DNA from: the human T2T-CHM13v2.0 reference genome, Homo sapiens
Assembly: GCF_009914755.1 (NCBI RefSeq)
Contig: NC_060946.1
Reading direction: 5' to 3' (one strand)
Length of the DNA stretch: 64,000 nucleotides
Position 1 is the stretch's first letter. Each line of letters opens with the position of its first letter. The notes under the pieces are model-generated. The model had not been told where the DNA came from and searched no databases. It worked only from the letters and a program-made list of their open reading frames with translations. The translations under genes and the position numbers were made by a program. This document shows positions 56,608-64,000 of this stretch, in pieces.

Positions 56608-57360
56608 AGATGACATCATGGGTGTCATCATCACCATCACCACCACTGTCAACATCATCACTATCACATCATCATCACCTCCATCATTATCACCATCATC
56701 ACCACCACTGTCACCATTATCACCATCACGGCATCATCATCACCATCATCATCCTCATCACCTCCACTGTCACCATCATCACCATCACGTCATCATCACC
56801 TCCATCATTATCACCATCATCACCTCCACTGTCACCATCATCACCATCACATCATCAACACCACCACAATTATCACCATCATCACCACCACTGTCACCAT
56901 CATCACCATCACATCATCATCATCACCATCATCATCCTCATCGTCACCTCCACTGTCACCATCATCACCATGACATCATCACCACCATCATCATCAACAT
57001 CACCATCATCACCACCACTGTCAACATCATCACCATCACATCATCATCACCTCCATCGTCATCATCACCTCCACATCATCAACATCACCATCATCACCAC
57101 CACTGTCACCATCATCATCATCAGATCGTCATCACCATCATTATGACCATCATCATCACCACCATCACACCACTGTCACCATCATCACCATCACTGTTAC
57201 TATCACCATCACATCATCATCACTATCATCACCATCATCACTACCATCATCATCATTGTCACCATCACCATCATTGTCACCATCATCACCACTGCTGTCA
57301 CTATCATCACCATCACATCATCATCATCATCATCATCATCATTATCATCATCATCACTAC
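56608..57360. repeat. (CAT)n/(CACCAT)n trinucleotide-type repeat with higher-order units
   Basis: Directly visible. Confidence 0.95.
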
Positions 57361-59160
57361 AGGCACAAAAACAGTGCTGGAAGTCCCTCCTCCATAGGTC
57401 CTAGTGAGGATGCAGTGACATGAGGTACGTGAGGTTAGAGGCCTGGCACGCCTTTGGCACTCAGAGTTAGGCACTAAAAGGCCAGCTCATCAGGTGAGTC
57501 CTACCTGGATTTTGTGTCCCTGCTTCTAGGCTTTGCTTGTTGGAGACCCACAGCAGCACCTAGCCCTGGGTAAATACTTGTGGACTGACCCACTAACGTG
57601 ACCTCTTAACTCTCCTGGGTGAGTCAGATCCAGACCTGCTGCTTCAACTTGCAGCCCACCCAGCTGGCCACCCCAGCATCCCAGGATGCCAGCATTCAAG
57701 CGGGGCTTAGCTCTGACTTGAACCCATCTTCTTGGCCCCTGTGCTGGGCCAGTAGGCTCACCAGCTCAGCTGAAAACACAGGGACAAATGGAGGACCTCT
57801 GGCTCCATGATCCCTCTCCTTTACCCGGTTGTCTGGAGTAAGAGGCAGGAGTGTGATATGGGAAGTCCTGGCTCCAGTCTTACTGGGCCCCTTAGCAGCT
57901 GTGTAGTCTTGGACAGGTCACTACCCCTTTTTGAACCTGAGTTTCCTCATCTGTAAAATGGAATGATCCTGCCTGCTTAGTTCAACCCCCACGATGGTAA
58001 TCCATCTTAAGGATGAACTGCAATAATGGTGGGCAGGGTTTTGAAAAGTCCTATCAGCTAAACAATGGCCAAGGCTAGCACTGACTGGGATCTCCACCTT
58101 TCTTCAGCAGCCATGGCCCAGATGGCCTGGCCACCTACCAAGCCCATCTGCTCTTCCTGCTGGGCACGCAGCTGGACTGCATGCCCCACCTTCTTTGCAA
58201 CCCAACGTGGTCAATAATAAAATGTGAATCAAGTAAAACACAACATTGCTGAGCCTGGTCCTCAAACCCAGTCCCCTGCATGACCTGATACTCCTGTACT
58301 CCCCGATGCTCTGGTGATGCTGACTAGCCTGGTGAGATTGCAAGCCGTGTGCTGAGATGCTGGAGCCACAGACGGAGTCACCCTGGGAGGAGAGCTGCCT
58401 GCCAGTCAGGAACACTCGTTTTGAACAGTATATGAGCAAGAAATATTTGAACTCCTACTCATTTGGTGTGTGTTACAGTAGCGGTGGAACAAACACTATA
58501 GCACTTGACTAAAACAGCTGCATCAACTCTATTTAATCATTCATTTTATTTCAATTAGATATTTTTTTTTCATTTCTAGAAGTTTTATTTGCTTCTTTTT
58601 CAAAATATCTTGGCCTTTGTATAGTCTGTTGTTCTTTATTCATATTATTCGTATTTTTGAACCCTTCCTCTAATTCTTTCTATGGATTATCTTTATTTTC
58701 TGTTCTGTGTCTGATGACGCTAACATCCAAACCTTTGCAGTTTCACTGTGCTGTCTGTTGTTTACCTTGACGCTTGCTCATGGTGCTTTTTCCCTTGTGG
58801 GTCTTTGTGGGTTTTGATTGTGGTCCTTTCAACTTAATTGTGGAGAATTCTTCAAGGCCTAGGTTGAAAATGGGAACCTCCAGAGATTATTCACATCTGC
58901 TTCTGCCGGATGTGTAGGGTCACTCCAATTTGGCTCTTTTATGTGAAAATCCTAGTCTAAGGATTTGGGGTCCACACAGCTAGTGTACAACCCATATTAT
59001 GGCTGTGGTTATGAGCCCTGGCTAAGCCCATCTGGCTTATGGTTATGACTCTTTAGGGGAGGTTTTTATTCATTTTTTACTCATGTCCAAGATTGATATA
59101 GACAAGTGTCCTTGCTTTCCCTTTCTTCAGCCCCACTTCCCCATCTTATTCCAATAGTGA

Positions 59161-59505
<345 letters not shown>

Positions 59506-59772
59506 TTTCCTGATTTCCTTTGATGGGTGGGCCCTGGCTTTCCTCCCATCCTCAGGGCCAAATGCGGTCATCACAAAGGAAGATCAGATAACCAGGCATG
59601 GCTGAGGTCCCCCAGGCAAAGTCAGCTTTGGCAACTGCTCACCTCTTGGGATTTCACTTTCACTTGAAGTTCTCCGGTTTGTATTTTCCTTGTTCTTGCT
59701 TGCTCAGTGTGGCACATTTTAACACATACATTATAGATCTCTATGTATATATGCACATATAAAATACATTCA

Positions 59773-60677
<905 letters not shown>

Positions 60678-60987
60678 TATACACCGGCCACAAAAGGCTT
60701 TGGTGCCTTCTTCTCAAGGACACAATTAGTGTGGGGTGTGCTGGGAGATGGAATCTTCTTGAAGAGCTGGTCCTGACTCTGCTGGAGGACAGAGTAGGCT
60801 GGGGTAGCTGTTCTAGAAGAAGGAAACGGCCTGAGTCCCAGGGGCTGAGGGAGGCAAGAAATGGGTGCGAGGGAGCCCACAGCCTGAAACAGAGACTCAG
60901 CTTCCCTGTGGGCTCACCTGCGGGAGGCAGAGGCCCCAGGTGACGGGGTGTAGCAGGCAGGTTCTATATCAGCATCAGGCAGAGTGG

Positions 60988-61295
60988 GTTTTTTTTTGTT
61001 TTTGTTTTTGTTTTGAGACAGGGTCTTGCTCTGTTTCTTAGGCTGGAGTGCAGTGGTGAGATCATGGCTCACTGCAGCCTCAACCTCCTGGGCTCAAGCA
61101 TCCTCTCACCTCAGGCTCCCGAGTAGCTGGGACTATAGGCCTGTGCTACCATGTCCAGCCAATTTTTAAATTTTTTTAGAGATGGGTTTGCACTATGTTG
61201 TCCAGGTTGGTCTCGAACCCCTGGCCTCAAGTGATCCTCCTGCCTCAGCCTCCTGAAGTGCTGGGACTACAGGCGTGAACTACTGTGCCCGACCA
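60988..61295 (-). mobile_element. Alu (AluJ-like)
   Basis: Antisense Alu consensus. Confidence 0.92.
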
Positions 61296-62104
61296 GACAG
61301 AGCTTTCTAATGGGCAAGAATGGCATCCATGGCCTTAGAGGCAGTGAGTCCCCATCCAGAGGGGTGTCAGCAGAGGGAGGAACCGCCTTTTGAGGAGTCT
61401 GCACAGGGTTCTGGCCTCCAGTGTGCAGGGCAGAATGGGGTGCTCCTAATGGGTTGGGTTCCACACCCTGGACCAGTGCCTTGTTCAGGCCACCCTGGGC
61501 ACAGACCCTATGCCCTGTCCTGTCTGCTCTGGCTATCAAAATCTGGGCTGTGGTGGTCAGACAGGGCCCACCAGCTGATGTCCATTCACCATTTAGGAGA
61601 CCCTGGGGACCGGCAGGATGTCATTGGGACCAAGGGTAAGACCAGTGTCCCTGGGTCACATAGAAAGCACCGGTCATGCTGTTCTCATGAGGCTGCTCAA
61701 ACCTAATCACGCGTGTAACATCTGGGGGGTACAGGCAGACCGACTCTGAGGGGACAAGGCCCTTCCCTGCTCACAGCCTCGGTCTCCCCCCTTTTAGGGC
61801 AGGAGGCTCCAACCTTGAGATTCCAGGGCATCACCCTCCCTGCTCTGGGCTTCTCAGAAGCACCCCCCCCCAACCACCACCCGCAACACACACACATCTC
61901 TGGCTGAATCTCCCTGGGAGCAGCAGATGACAGCAGGGCTTGTGGTGCTGCAACAGTGGCCTGGTGTGACGTGGTGATGGTTTCCGGAGCAAGGGGCAGG
62001 ATCTCTGAAGAGCAGAGTGGACTTCCTAGGAGCTGGGGAAAACTCACAGCTCCTCCCTCCCTCACACGGCAGCTTCCAATGTACTGGGAGGGCCCCAGTA
62101 ATGC

Positions 62105-62357
62105 ATGTGCAGTGGCGTGATCTCGAATCGCTGCGACCCTCGCCTCCTGGGTTCAAGTGATTCTCCTGCCTCAGCCTCCTGAGTAGCTGGGATTACAAGC
62201 GCCTGCTGCCACACCTGGCTAACTTTTGTATTTTTAGTAGAGATGGGGTTTTCACCATGTTGGCTAGGCTGGTCTTGAACTCCTGACCTCAGGTGATCTG
62301 CCTGCCTCGGCCTCCCAAAGTGCTGGGATTACAGGCATGAGCCGCCGCGCCTGGCCC
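62105..62357 (-). mobile_element. Alu, tail end missing
   Basis: Antisense Alu consensus from gtgcagtggcgtgatctc. Confidence 0.9.
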
Positions 62358-63169
62358 ACATGGTATAGTTTCTATACACCTGGTAAGAGGAGAATATCTT
62401 TGTGTTTCTTTAGTTAAAATGACAGACTGTAGAAGCTTTGCGCCCTGTAATGCCTGAACCTGGACCCGGAGCTGTTGAAATGAGGCTGCTCCAGAAAAGC
62501 TGTGCTCTGAGACCCCTGGGGCTGGGACACTCGGCAACTTCTTTCCAGTGGAGCCTCCAGGCCTGACCGGCCTTCCCACAGCTGGGGGATCCTGCAGGTC
62601 TAATCAGGTCCCCTGACTTACACCCAAGCTACCCTCTAGCAAGGTAGCAACTGCGGGCGGGCGGATAGCCGGGTTCCAATCCCTGCTCACGCTTTCCCTG
62701 CGTGGCCACTGCACCAGACAGGCTTCCTCATTATGGGGGTGGGGATTATGATGCCAATCATAACAGCTTCCCGTCTTTCCTGTCTTCCAGTTCCCTCCAG
62801 CTGCCGGATAAACCTCCCAAACACAACTGTGTGAGAGAACCCTGGTTTTGGGTCTTGCTGTGTTCCTGGCCTCTGTGGTTAAGGAATCCAGCCGGGGACT
62901 GGCGGGCGTCTCAGCTCCCCTCCCCAGTTTCTGGGGCCTCAGGTAGGAAGGCTGGACAGGCGGGAGGTGACCGGATGCTGGGGCTGCACTCATCCTGGGG
63001 AGGCAGTTCACCCCCACCTCGGGTCCCAGGTGGACTTGGCTCATACTGCTGATGGAGCGAGGGGGCACAAGTGGCCTCCCTGTGTGCCTTGGGCTTCTCA
63101 GGACGTGAGAGCCTGGCTCTGAGTGTCCTGGGAGTGGTCACACTCCCCGGCCTCACCATGCTTTATGAT

Positions 63170-63706
<537 letters not shown>

Positions 63707-63737
63707 CCAATCACCTGTTGAAGGCTCCACCTCTCTT

Positions 63738-64000
<263 letters not shown>

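Noticed and set aside
56571-57397. Poly-His ORFs of 191 and 264 aa
   Set aside because: Artefact of the (CAT)n repeat; no gene structure.

Overview
Human-type (Alu-rich primate) genomic DNA containing two tandem parvin genes on the + strand, matching the PARVB-PARVG locus (recognised from the translated exons; chr22q13 from memory). The window has the last three coding exons and 3' UTR of PARVB (beta-parvin, 1142-11799; poly(A) signals at ~12.3 kb and ~16.0 kb). It also has the complete PARVG coding region (gamma-parvin): 12 GT-AG-bounded coding exons from ATG 26447 to TGA 49658 that sum to 996 nt = 331 aa, plus candidate 5' UTR exons and an ETS/PU.1-motif-rich promoter at ~24.3-25.0 kb. The rest is Alu, L1, L2/MIR, MaLR LTR and DNA-transposon sequence, (CCAT)n and (CAT)n tracts, and two minisatellites. 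Almost all ORFs in the supplied track are spurious. No prokaryotic-type system, CRISPR array or RNA gene is supportable. The most notable observations are: a candidate PARVG upstream exon abutting the distal PARVB poly(A) site that could add 67 aa in frame; an inverted duplication of an L1/THE1 junction; inverted Alus in the long PARVB 3' UTR; UGA-C stops followed by ~80 open codons in both paralogues; a frame-critical 23-nt microexon; a G-rich minisatellite downstream of the PARVG poly(A) site; and a closely spaced head-to-head Alu pair with a deletion. Repeat family names are by eye and boundaries are approximate.
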